From Thermoplasmata archaeon (GTDB taxonomy: Archaea > Thermoplasmatota > Thermoplasmata > Lutacidiplasmatales > UBA184): a DNA stretch of 64,000 bases. The stretch covers positions 7,166 to 71,165 of the forward strand of contig JBKQUP010000028.1 of assembly GCA_052325545.1 (NCBI GenBank), read 5' to 3'. Both the position numbers and the translations under genes were made by a program. The notes beneath the pieces are model-generated. The model was not told the DNA's origin, made no database searches, and saw only the letters and a list, made by a program, of their open reading frames with translations. Below are positions 47,049-56,284 of this stretch, one piece after another. Every line of letters starts with the position of its first letter. Position 1 is the first letter of the stretch.

Positions 47049-48413
47049 TTAGGATTTCGCCGGTGGGGGGTCGGCCCCCTTCGAGGGACGGCGAGAATGC
47101 CGCCCCCGCGCGAGCTCCCGCTCGCCCACGAACGGGTTCGGCTCAAGGTAGCGGGCCCCGCCCATCTCCTCCCGGATCGCGTCGGGGATCTCGATTCGTC
47201 CGTCGTCGGTCTGGTAGTTCTCGAGGATCGCGATGACCAGTCGCGGGAGCGCCACGCCCGACGCGTTGAGGGTGTGTACCGGCTCGGGGCGGGACGACTG
47301 GTGGCGGCGCCATCGGATGTTCGCGCGGACCGCTTGATAGGCCTCGAAGTTCGAGATGGAGCTCACCTCGAGCCAGCGCTTCCCGCCGGGCGCCCAGAGC
47401 TCGAGGTCGTAGCATTTCGCGGCCTTCTCGCCGAGGTCGCCCGTGCAGAGGCTCACCGTGCGGAACGGGAGGTCGAGGCGCCGAAGGACCTCTTCGGCCT
47501 CGCTCCGCAGCTCCTCGAGCGCGTCGTACGACGACTCGGGGGTCGTGAACTGGACGAGCTCGACCTTGTCGAACTGATGGACCCGGGCGATCCCGCGCGT
47601 CTCGACGCCGTGCCCGCCCGCCTCCCGACGGAAGCACGGGGTGTACGCGAACAGCTTGACCGGTAGGTCCTCGGCCAAGAGCACCTCGTCGCGAAAGAGG
47701 TTCGTGACGGGCACCTCCGCGGTCGGCACGAGCCACAGGTCGTCGGGCTTCACCTGGTAGGAGTCCTCGGCGAACTTCGGTAGCTGGCCGGTGCCGACCA
47801 TCGACTCCGTGCGGACGAGGATCGGGGGCGCAACCTCGAGGTACCCCCGGGAGCGGTGCAGCTCCCGCATGAACCGGATGAGAGCGTACTCGAGCCGAGC
47901 GAGGTCTCCCCAGAGAACGTAGAACCCCTCGCCCGCGACCTTCACCCCTCGTTCCTCGTCGAGCAGGTTGAGGTCGTGGCCGACCTCGAAGTGCGGTCGG
48001 GGGGCGGACGGCGCCGGGCGGCGGGGTTCGAAGCGCGCGACCTCCACGTTGTCGTTCGCGTCCTTCCCTTGAGGGACGCTCGAATGGGGGTTCTGGGGGA
48101 GCAGGAGCAGGCGCCCGTGGATCTCGGCGTCGAGCGCGTTCGCCCGCGTCTCGAGGTCTCGGATTCGGTCCCGAAGCTCGCCGAGCTGGGTCCGGTCGTG
48201 GTCGTCCGTCGGAGCGGAGGATTTCGCGGCCTCGGCGACCCGGTGAGCGCCCCGGTTGCGCTCGGCCCGCAGGCGGTTCGCCTCCTCCCCGACCGACCGT
48301 CGCTCCCGGTCGAGCGCGAGGAGGTGGTCGACCTCGGTTGGGTCGCGTCCGCGCGCGGCGAGCCCCGCCTTGAGCGCGTCCGCCGATTCCCGCACGTAAC
48401 TGATGGGATACAC
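47049..48413 (-). CDS. serS: Seryl-tRNA synthetase (bacterial-type class II)
   Basis: GTGQLPKFAED, LVPTAEVP, FRREAG, RVHQFDKVE, EVSSISNF..YQA.RA, HTLNASGVALPR..AILENYQ. GTG 48413 taken as start. Confidence 0.95.
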   Translation of the reverse strand: MYPISYVRESADALKAGLAARGRDPTEVDHLLALDRERRSVGEEANRLRAERNRGAHRVAEAAKSSAPTDDHDRTQLGELRDRIRDLETRANALDAEIHGRLLLLPQNPHSSVPQGKDANDNVEVARFEPRRPAPSAPRPHFEVGHDLNLLDEERGVKVAGEGFYVLWGDLARLEYALIRFMRELHRSRGYLEVAPPILVRTESMVGTGQLPKFAEDSYQVKPDDLWLVPTAEVPVTNLFRDEVLLAEDLPVKLFAYTPCFRREAGGHGVETRGIARVHQFDKVELVQFTTPESSYDALEELRSEAEEVLRRLDLPFRTVSLCTGDLGEKAAKCYDLELWAPGGKRWLEVSSISNFEAYQAVRANIRWRRHQSSRPEPVHTLNASGVALPRLVIAILENYQTDDGRIEIPDAIREEMGGARYLEPNPFVGERELARGRHSRRPSKGADPPPAKS

Positions 48414-48543
48414 GGCGGCCGGCGGAAATCCGGCCCGTGCCATAACCCTTCGCGTACGGCGAACGCTGCCCTCGGACCGGCGGTTCGCCTCGAGCGCAAT
48501 CTTTACCGGTAGGGACGGCGTTCGGTCCGGGAAGAGCGAGAGG

Positions 48544-49311
48544 ATGAGCGACATCCTGCTGGGGACGAGCGGCTGGGATTACCCGGAGTGGTCGGGCCGC
48601 GTCTACCCGCCTCGCGGGGCGAGCGACAAGCTCCGCTACTACGCCGGTCTCTTCCCGATCGTCGAGGTGAACTCGACGTTCTATCGTCTCCCTCCACCCT
48701 CGGTGGCGGCGTCGTGGGTCAAACGAACCCCCGTGGGGTTCCGGTTCGCGGCGAAGTTCCCCAAGACGATCACCCATGACCTGCGCCTCGTGCGCATCGA
48801 CGAGGAGCTCGCTCGCTTCCTCGCGGTCCTCAAACCGGTCCGCGATGCGGGGAAGTTCGCCGCGGCGCTCCTCCAGCTCCCGCCGTCCCTCCCCTTCGAG
48901 CCGACGACCGTTCGCCACTTCTACGAGACGCTTCCGCGAGACCTGCCGGTCGCGGTCGAGTTCCGCGAGCGCTCTTGGCTCGTTCCGGAATCGATCGAAC
49001 TCCTGCGGCAGTTCGGTCTCGCCTACGTCACCGTCGACGGCCCGCACCTACCGGTCGTGCTCGAGACGACGGCGCCGTTCGCCTACATCCGCTGGCATGG
49101 GCACGGGAGCCCGCTCTGGTACGACTACACGTACTCCGCGGCCGAGCTCGCCGCGTGGGTGCCGCGGGTCCGCGACCTCACCGAGAGGGTAGCGACCGTC
49201 TACGGCTTCTTCAACAACCATTTCCGCGGGGACTCGGTCACGAACTGTCGCTCGCTCACCGAGGAGCTGGGCCTCTCCCTGCCGGCCCGCCGCGGACGGC
49301 TCGACGCGTGA
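48544..49311 (+). CDS. DUF72 (YecE-like) TIM-barrel protein
   Basis: GTSGWDYPEW, VEVNSTFY, KFPKTITH, LLQLPPS, AVEFR, YIRWHG, YDYTYS, FFNNH. Confidence 0.9.
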   Translation: MSDILLGTSGWDYPEWSGRVYPPRGASDKLRYYAGLFPIVEVNSTFYRLPPPSVAASWVKRTPVGFRFAAKFPKTITHDLRLVRIDEELARFLAVLKPVRDAGKFAAALLQLPPSLPFEPTTVRHFYETLPRDLPVAVEFRERSWLVPESIELLRQFGLAYVTVDGPHLPVVLETTAPFAYIRWHGHGSPLWYDYTYSAAELAAWVPRVRDLTERVATVYGFFNNHFRGDSVTNCRSLTEELGLSLPARRGRLDA

Positions 49312-49323
49312 TGCCGCGCCGAA

Positions 49324-50223
49324 TCACGAAGGAGCGCTCGAACGCTCTCCCCGAGCGGCGAGCGATAGCGACCCGATGGTGAGCGAGCGCGCAAGCCCGG
49401 TCGAGACGGTCCCGGAACCACAACTGACGTCCGTGGACGTGTGCGTGCTGATGACCTGGTCGCTCGTCGCGTTGACCGTCGCGTTGAACTGGTCCCCGGT
49501 CCCGCCCGCCGAGGAGCTCAGAGGACATGTGTTGTACATGATCGACCACGTGTTCCCCAGCCGGAGCGTTCCGAAATGAGCTCCGGCGGTCAGGCCGTAC
49601 TCGGCGGACGCGTTCGGGTGCGCCGCGAGGAACGCGGCGGCGTATGGCTGGGCAGCCGCGGCGGCTTGGGAACTGTCGATGGCGTTCCCCGGGATCGGCG
49701 CGAACAGCTGCGCGTAGAGCGAGCAGTACCCGCCCGAGAGCGTGAGGAGAACCTGCCCGTGACCGTCGAGCACCGAGACCACTGCGAGGGTGCCCGACTG
49801 GTTCCGGTACCCGAACATCCACGCCGGTGAGGCCCCGGACGACCGGTTTCCCGAGTACGCCGACAGCGTGAAGCTGGTGGCCCCGGAGACTAAGACGACG
49901 GAGGAGCAGTAGGAGGTGATGTTGCCCAGGTCCGTCGAGTTCACCTGCTCCGTCTCGTTCACGGCCGAGACGAAGCCGGCCGCGAGGATGGGGGTCCAGC
50001 CACCCCCCCCGAATCCGGCCACGGCCCCGTTCGCCACCGGGAGAGCCCCGGAGTACGTGAGCACCGCGGCGGCGCTCCCCGAGCTGGTGGAGCCGGGCAG
50101 GACGAAGACCACGACCAACAGTACCGCGATCACGACCGCGGCAATGACTCCCAGATAGAGCATCGTTCGGCGCGGGGGTCGGGACGGGGTCGCGGGGGAT
50201 GCCAGAGGCACCGGGGTCGACAT
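49324..50223 (-). CDS. Membrane-anchored secreted/surface protein (Ser/Gly/Ala-rich)
   Basis: RRTMLYLGVIAAVVIAVLLVVVF anchor followed by a low-charge domain with paired Cys. Confidence 0.7.
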   Translation of the reverse strand: MSTPVPLASPATPSRPPRRTMLYLGVIAAVVIAVLLVVVFVLPGSTSSGSAAAVLTYSGALPVANGAVAGFGGGGWTPILAAGFVSAVNETEQVNSTDLGNITSYCSSVVLVSGATSFTLSAYSGNRSSGASPAWMFGYRNQSGTLAVVSVLDGHGQVLLTLSGGYCSLYAQLFAPIPGNAIDSSQAAAAAQPYAAAFLAAHPNASAEYGLTAGAHFGTLRLGNTWSIMYNTCPLSSSAGGTGDQFNATVNATSDQVISTHTSTDVSCGSGTVSTGLARSLTIGSLSLAARGERSSAPS

Positions 50224-50412
50224 CGAGGACACTCCTCGTCTACGACGCCGGTCGTGCGCGATAAATCTTGTTGTGCATCGAGAAGGCTCGTCCCGGAAGG
50301 GGTGTCCGTGGGTCGCGAGAGCCCATGAAACCCCTCGTTCTCGAGACTGTTTCAACGCCTCCGGAACCGCCGCTTTAGAGCGGCCCGACGGATGATCTCA
50401 CCGGATCGATCG

Positions 50413-51285
50413 ATGATGGTCGACGCTCTTCTCACCGAGCCCGCGTTCGCGCCGGAGGACCTCCTCGTAGAGGAGACCTTCCGGCCCGAGCCGAGGCACC
50501 CGTTCCCCTCCTCGCCGCCCACCCGCCCGAAGCTCGTCCTGCACCCTCGGCGGACCCGTGCGGTCCCTCTCCTTCCGTCGGAGCCGGCGCTCTTTCCCTG
50601 GCTCGCGCGACGGTTCGCGCCCGGTGAGGCGACCGTCTGGACCGGTCCCTCCATCGCGGTCGAACCGGTCCTCGAACTCCTCTACGCGGGAAGCGCGCTC
50701 GCCCGGGGCCGGATCTCGCTCCTCGAAGGAGCGAACCGGTTCCATCCGTACCGCATCGGCGAGCTCGGTCGGGCGTTCGGGGTCGATGCGACCGAGACGC
50801 TGCGCCGGATCCGTCTCGCCCGCGCGTTCACGGCCTACCAGATGGTCGCTCTCGTGGACGGCTGGGCTCGGGAGGCCCGTCGCCACCCCCCGACCCTCCT
50901 CGTCGGCCACGACCTGCCGGCCCTCTTCGCGGACGTGGAGATCCCCGACGACGAGCGCTTCGCGCTCCTCGGCCACGTCGCTCGGGCTCTCGCCGCGCTC
51001 GCGCGCGAGGTCCGCGTACCGCTGCTCCTGACGCTCGCCCCGGACGGGTTCGAGCGGTTCCGCGCGCTCGCCGACGAAGGACCGCCCTGGTCCGACCTCA
51101 TCACGTTCGCCCGGGGTCCCGGGACCTTGCGGATGCGCGCGCTCCGGGACGATGCCCGGGTCGCCCTCGTGCCTCGCCCGGCCGGGCAGACCGGCATGGA
51201 ACAGTTCGGCGGAGAGTTCGCCGAGGAGGTGATCGCGTGGGACGCACCGTCCCGACCTACCGCCAGGCGCTCGAGGAACGGATGA
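50413..51285 (+). CDS. Inactivated RecA/RadA-like ATPase (ImuA-like accessory of PolB2)
   Basis: GEATVWTGPS (Walker A lacks GKT), LLEGANRFHPY, IRLARAFTAYQM; first gene of the PolB2 cassette. Alternative ATG 50392. Confidence 0.75.
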   Translation: MMVDALLTEPAFAPEDLLVEETFRPEPRHPFPSSPPTRPKLVLHPRRTRAVPLLPSEPALFPWLARRFAPGEATVWTGPSIAVEPVLELLYAGSALARGRISLLEGANRFHPYRIGELGRAFGVDATETLRRIRLARAFTAYQMVALVDGWAREARRHPPTLLVGHDLPALFADVEIPDDERFALLGHVARALAALAREVRVPLLLTLAPDGFERFRALADEGPPWSDLITFARGPGTLRMRALRDDARVALVPRPAGQTGMEQFGGEFAEEVIAWDAPSRPTARRSRNG

Positions 51286-51491
51286 AGCGGTGGGACGAGT
51301 TCGCGCGGCTCCTCACGAGCCCCGAGGAACGCGCCGCGTTCGATATGGTCCGGACCGGGGCGCGTCGCTACGTCGCGCAGGCGACGTACGTCGGGAGCCC
51401 GGACCTGCTCGAATCGATCCTCCTCTCCGTCCTCACCGACCTCGCGGTCCGGGTCCGGGCCGAGCCGCCGACACCGACCTCCCGTCGCTGA
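51237..51491 (+). CDS. Small PolB2-associated protein (MGRTVP family; arCOG07300-like by recall)
   Basis: GTG with GGAGGTGA SD; MGRTVPTYRQALE..W.EF..L..EER..F..AR.Y..LESILLS; its stop overlaps the polB2 ATG. Confidence 0.8.
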   Translation: MGRTVPTYRQALEERMKRWDEFARLLTSPEERAAFDMVRTGARRYVAQATYVGSPDLLESILLSVLTDLAVRVRAEPPTPTSRR

Positions 51492-53827
51492 TGATGGCGG
51501 CGACGCCGCCGCCGTCGAGGCCGGACGGCTGGCTCCTCGACATCACCGAGAGCGACGACGGTCGTTCGGTCGTCCTCTGGACGAAGGAGGGGCGGGCCGG
51601 TCGCGTACGACGGACCGCGGTCGAGTACCGGCCTCCCTTCCTCGTCGCGGGGACGCGGAGCGACCTCGCCCTCCTCGCCCGTCGGCTCGCCGACCACCCC
51701 GACGTGCACTCGGTCGCCCTCGGTTCCGAACGTCCGTCGCTCTTCGACCGTCGGAACCGTCCCGTCCTCTCGGTCGTTCCCACGCGGAACCCCGCCCGCC
51801 GCGCTCTCGCGCGGAGCGTGGATGCGCTGGGGGGGTACGAGCGGTTCTCGCTCTACGACGTCGACCTCGGTCCCCCGCAGCTCTACTACCTCGCGCATGA
51901 CCTCTACCCGTTCGCCCCTGTGGTCGGCCGGGCGCCCACGTTCCGGGCGACCGAGCCTCCCGAGACGATCGACTACTCGCCCCCGCCGCTGCGCATCGCG
52001 CGGCTCGAGGTCCATCTCGTCGGGGAACGGCGGGGTCGCATCCCGCCTCCCGACGGCCGCATCGGGGCGGTTCGTATCGGGGAAGCGACGCTCGAAGGCC
52101 CGGAAGAGGACCTTCTGCGCGCGCTCGTGGACGAGCTCGCGCGCGCCGACCCGGACGTCCTCCTCACGGACGGCGGCGGGTCGTTCGACCTGCCGTGGCT
52201 CTACCGACGCGCCGCGGCGTGCGGCCTCTCGCCGGCGGAATTCCCGCTGGGACGCGAGCGCGTGCCGTTCCGGCCGACCCGCCCGGCCCGCTCGTTCGAG
52301 TCGTACGGTCGCATCCTCTATCGGTCCGCGTCCTACCCTCTCCCCGGACGGTTCCACATCGACCGGGAGCACTCGTTCCTCTACGACGATGCCGGAATCG
52401 CCGGGCTCATCGATGCGGCCCGTCTCTCGCGGCTTTCGCTCGCGACCGTCGTCCGCCAGTCACCGGGCACCTGCTTCACCGCCATGGAGATGGCACGGGC
52501 GCTCGAGCTCGGGGTGCACGTACCCTGGAAGAAGAACCGGCCCGAGGGGTTCCGGCGGGCCGACCGGCTGGTCGCCGCCGACCGCGGCGGCGTGATCTTC
52601 CTCCCGCCGGTCGGCGTCCACGACCACGTGGACGAGTTCGACTTCGCGAGCCTCTATCCGCACATCATGGTCACGAAGAACCTCTCGGCCGAGACGCTCG
52701 AGTGCCGGTGCTGTCCGAAGAGCCCGCTCCGCGCGCCCGGTCTCGGGTATCGTTCGTGCACGCGTCGGGTGGGGCTCATTCCTCGCACCCTCGCCCCGCT
52801 CATCGCGCGTCGCCTCGCCTACAAGGCCGCGCTGAAGCGCCCCGGCGTCGCGCCCGAGGAGGCGGTCCGCTTGCAGCGGCGGGTCAAGATGCTGAAGTGG
52901 ATCCTCGTCACCGCGTTCGGCTACCAAGGATACCGCAACGCCCGGTTCGGTCGGATCGAATGCCACGAGGCGATCAACGCCTACGCACGCGACCTCCTCG
53001 CCCGGCTCGCCCTCGAGTCGGAGCGGGCCGGCTACTCGGTCGTCCACGGGATCGTCGACTCCCTGTGGCTGCGGCCGAACGACCCGGAGCACCCTCCGGA
53101 CCCGGAAGCGTTCGCCGCACGGATGAGCGAGCGGTTCGGCCTCCCGCTCGGCTACGAAGGGCGGTACCGCTGGATCGTCTTCTTGCCGGCGGTGACGCAC
53201 GGCCTCGGGGTCCCGAACCGCTACTACGGCTACTACGAGCACGGCGAGTTCAAGCTCCGCGGCATCGGCGCCCGCCGGCACGACACGACCGGGCTCGTGC
53301 GACGGTTCGAGGCGGAGGTCCTCGCGCTCCTGCGCACCGCCCGGGATGCGGAGGGGGTCCGCGCCCTCCTTCCGCGCGCCCTCGCGCGCGCCGACCTCTT
53401 CGCCGCGGAGGTCCGCGCCGGTGCGTGGCCCGTCGACGAGCTCCTCATCAGCCACCGGATCGGCCAGGCGCCCGAGGCGTTCGTCACGTTCACCGACTCG
53501 GTCGCCGCGTTGCGCCAGTTGAAGGAGGCGGGGGCGGACCGGGGACCCGGAGAGTTCGTGCGGTTCGTCCTCCTCGACCGACGGAGCCGCTCGTTCCGCC
53601 ACCGGGTGCGACCGGCGGAGCTCCTCGAGGGGAACGAACGGTACGACGCCGGGGCCTACCTCGAGATCCTCGCCCGCTCCGCGGAGACGCTGCTCGCTCC
53701 GCTCGGGGTCGGCCGCGAGGAGCTCCGGGCCCGTTGGGGAACGGAGCCGGCGCCCGAACGGGAGGAGTACCGGTCCCCGGAAGGGCTCCGCCAGTCGCTG
53801 CTCGAGGGAAGCGGGCCCGAGAGGTGA
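51491..53827 (+). CDS. polB2: Family B DNA polymerase, archaeal PolB2 group
   Basis: Motif A DFASLYPHIM; motif B KWILVTAFGYQGY; motif C HGIVDSLW (YGDTDS with first Asp lost); FGRIECHEAI; no intact exonuclease motifs. Confidence 0.9.
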   Translation: MMAATPPPSRPDGWLLDITESDDGRSVVLWTKEGRAGRVRRTAVEYRPPFLVAGTRSDLALLARRLADHPDVHSVALGSERPSLFDRRNRPVLSVVPTRNPARRALARSVDALGGYERFSLYDVDLGPPQLYYLAHDLYPFAPVVGRAPTFRATEPPETIDYSPPPLRIARLEVHLVGERRGRIPPPDGRIGAVRIGEATLEGPEEDLLRALVDELARADPDVLLTDGGGSFDLPWLYRRAAACGLSPAEFPLGRERVPFRPTRPARSFESYGRILYRSASYPLPGRFHIDREHSFLYDDAGIAGLIDAARLSRLSLATVVRQSPGTCFTAMEMARALELGVHVPWKKNRPEGFRRADRLVAADRGGVIFLPPVGVHDHVDEFDFASLYPHIMVTKNLSAETLECRCCPKSPLRAPGLGYRSCTRRVGLIPRTLAPLIARRLAYKAALKRPGVAPEEAVRLQRRVKMLKWILVTAFGYQGYRNARFGRIECHEAINAYARDLLARLALESERAGYSVVHGIVDSLWLRPNDPEHPPDPEAFAARMSERFGLPLGYEGRYRWIVFLPAVTHGLGVPNRYYGYYEHGEFKLRGIGARRHDTTGLVRRFEAEVLALLRTARDAEGVRALLPRALARADLFAAEVRAGAWPVDELLISHRIGQAPEAFVTFTDSVAALRQLKEAGADRGPGEFVRFVLLDRRSRSFRHRVRPAELLEGNERYDAGAYLEILARSAETLLAPLGVGREELRARWGTEPAPEREEYRSPEGLRQSLLEGSGPER

Positions 53828-53855
53828 TATTAGTCCTTGATTCGGTGGACCGCTA

Positions 53856-55349
53856 GTGGTCGCCCACTCTCATCGCGCGTCGCGCAAGGGTCCGGTCCAC
53901 CGGGCGGCATCCCCTCATGCCGGCCCACCGACCCCGTCCGAGCGCGCCGCCTCGATCCGGGAGAGCGTCCGGCACGGCGAGGTGAAGGACCTCGGCCCCC
54001 TCCTGGTCGCGCTGAGCGACCCGGTCCCGGGGGTCCGCGAGACGGCCGCGGTCGCGCTCGGGATCCTGAGGGACTCTCGCGCCTGCACGACGCTCGGGAC
54101 AGCCGTCAACGACCCGGACCCCCAGGTCCGGGCGGCCGCGGTCGAGGCGCTCGGAACGATCGGCCGGGCCGATAGCCGCGCGACGCTGGAACGAGGGCTC
54201 GACGACCCCGAGGCCGGTGTACGGTCGAGGGCCGCGGTCGCGCTTGCCGCGCTCGCGGATGCCCGGTCGATTCCCGCCCTCGACCGCAAGACGGACGACC
54301 CGGTTCCCGCCGTCCGCCAAGCGGTGGCCATCGCGCTCGGTCGGCTCGAGCCGGAACAGGCGTTCCGTTCGCTCGAGCGGATGTTGGCGGACCCGGTCGA
54401 CCGGGTCCGACGTGAGGCCGTTCTCGGGATCGGGAGGTCGTCGGACCCCGGTCATCTCGCCACCGTCCGTAAGTTCCTAAAGGACCCGGCCCGTCGGGTC
54501 CGGGTGGCGGCGGCCGTCGTGGCCGGGCGCCACCGGGACCGCGAAAGCGCTCCGCACCTCCTCCAGCTCCTGACGACCCCGGAGACGTGGGAGAAGCCGG
54601 CGGTCCTCGTGGCCCTCGGTCGGATCGGAGACCCGTCGGCGATCCCCCCGCTCATCGAGTGGGCCGAACACCCCTCGCCCTGGATCCGGGTCTGCGCCGT
54701 TCACGCGCTGGGCGAGATGGGCATGCCGGAGGCCCGCCCGGTCGCGCTCGAGCACCTTCACGACCCGTACTGGTCGGTCCGGGGCGCGGCGGCGGTCGCG
54801 CTGGGCTCGGTCGGGACCCCGGACGACCTCGCCCCCCTGCTGGAATGCCTGCGCGACGAGCACCCCTGGGCCCGGCGGGGCGCGACGTACGCCCTGGGAC
54901 GACTCGGCCTGACCGAGGCCGCCCCCCGTCTGCGGGACGGTCTCCACGACCCGGCGGCCGAGGTACGGCTCGCGGCGGTCTGGGCGCTCGGGCGCTTGCG
55001 GGACGACGGCGCGCGCGAGGACCTCATCCGGCTCCTGTACCAGACCCGTCCGACCGGGGCCATCCCCCCCTCCGCCGAGGTCGTCGCGGAGGGCCGGATC
55101 GTCTCGGATGCCGAGAGCCGTCTCTTCGACGCCGCGGTCCAGGCGCTGGGTCGCCTCCGGCACGGCCTCCCGGACCCGCTCATCCATCGCTCGCTCGTGG
55201 ACGCTCTCGAGCGTCTCAGCGAGGAGGAGCTCGACCGGCTCGCTCGCCTCCCGCTCCCCGAGGTCCGGCCCGACCAACCGGCTCCGACCCTTCGAGCGCT
55301 CTTCGAGAATGCGCTCCCATCCTCAGCCGAGGACGAGGACATCGGATGA
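53856..55349 (+). CDS. HEAT/PBS-lyase repeat protein
   Basis: About 12 repeats of L.DP.P.VR..AA.ALG.L; GTG start. Confidence 0.88.
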   Translation: MVAHSHRASRKGPVHRAASPHAGPPTPSERAASIRESVRHGEVKDLGPLLVALSDPVPGVRETAAVALGILRDSRACTTLGTAVNDPDPQVRAAAVEALGTIGRADSRATLERGLDDPEAGVRSRAAVALAALADARSIPALDRKTDDPVPAVRQAVAIALGRLEPEQAFRSLERMLADPVDRVRREAVLGIGRSSDPGHLATVRKFLKDPARRVRVAAAVVAGRHRDRESAPHLLQLLTTPETWEKPAVLVALGRIGDPSAIPPLIEWAEHPSPWIRVCAVHALGEMGMPEARPVALEHLHDPYWSVRGAAAVALGSVGTPDDLAPLLECLRDEHPWARRGATYALGRLGLTEAAPRLRDGLHDPAAEVRLAAVWALGRLRDDGAREDLIRLLYQTRPTGAIPPSAEVVAEGRIVSDAESRLFDAAVQALGRLRHGLPDPLIHRSLVDALERLSEEELDRLARLPLPEVRPDQPAPTLRALFENALPSSAEDEDIG

Positions 55350-56284
55350 TCCGGGACGTCCGCCGCGCGGACACCCCCAAGCTCTTCGCGCTCATCGACC
55401 AGCAGTTTCCCGAGGAATCGGCGCTCCTGGGAAAACGCCCCGAAGAGTTCGAGAAGGTCGTTCGCCGCGTCTTCCGGTGGGACACCCGCTTGCTCGTCGG
55501 GCTCCTACGGCTCTTCGGACGTCCGATCTTCCGGTTCCTGATCGTCGAGGCCGAGGACCGCCCAGTGGGGATGACGCTGGTCACGTTCCCTCGCGGCTCC
55601 GCCTACGTGAGCAGCGTCGTCGTGGACCCCGCGCACCGGCGCCGGGGATACGCGAAAGGGATGCTCGAGGAGGCCCGCCGGACGGCGAAACGGGCCCGGC
55701 GGAGGTACGTCGTGCTGGACGTCCTCGAGACGAACACCGGCGCCCGAACCCTCTACGAGTCAGTCGGGTACCGGCCGCTCCGGGCGAGGACCCAGTTCGT
55801 CTGCGAATCCACTGCCCAGTTCGGGACGAGCCCTCCGGTGAATCCCTCGGTCCGTCCGTTCCGTGGAGGGGACGCCTCCGCGCTGACGGAGATCCTCCGT
55901 CGGCAGACCCCCCCCACGGTCGAGGAGGTCCTGCCCACATACGCCGGAATGTTCCTCAGCTCGCGACTCACCAACCGGATCCTCGGCTCCCAGGAGGCCG
56001 GGTGGGTCGTCGACCACGGCCGCGGACCCGAGGCGCATGTCGCGGCGTCGGTATCGACCGCGACCGAGGCGGCGTACCTGACCGCCCCGCTCCTCGGGGA
56101 ATCGGTGGACGCCGAGCTCGCGGGGGCTCTCCTAAAGACCGCCGGGGCCTGGTGCGCCACCCGCAAGGTCCCACGGATCCTGAGCATGGTCGCGGACGAC
56201 AACGTACGAGGGCGCGCCGCCCTCGAAGCCGGGGGGTTCCGGCATGCCTTCGCGCTCTGGTCGCTCTACCGGACCGTCGACTGA
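55346..56284 (+). CDS. Tandem GNAT family acetyltransferase
   Basis: VSSVVVDPAHRRRGYAKGML, NTGARTLYESVGY; second degenerate GNAT domain; ATGA overlap with the HEAT gene. Confidence 0.85.
   Translation: MIRDVRRADTPKLFALIDQQFPEESALLGKRPEEFEKVVRRVFRWDTRLLVGLLRLFGRPIFRFLIVEAEDRPVGMTLVTFPRGSAYVSSVVVDPAHRRRGYAKGMLEEARRTAKRARRRYVVLDVLETNTGARTLYESVGYRPLRARTQFVCESTAQFGTSPPVNPSVRPFRGGDASALTEILRRQTPPTVEEVLPTYAGMFLSSRLTNRILGSQEAGWVVDHGRGPEAHVAASVSTATEAAYLTAPLLGESVDAELAGALLKTAGAWCATRKVPRILSMVADDNVRGRAALEAGGFRHAFALWSLYRTVD

Noticed and set aside
54000-55150. Regularly recurring GACCCG..GTCCG DNA motifs suggesting a repeat array or CRISPR
   Set aside because: They are the coding repeats of the HEAT protein; no identical direct repeats with unique spacers occur anywhere in the window.
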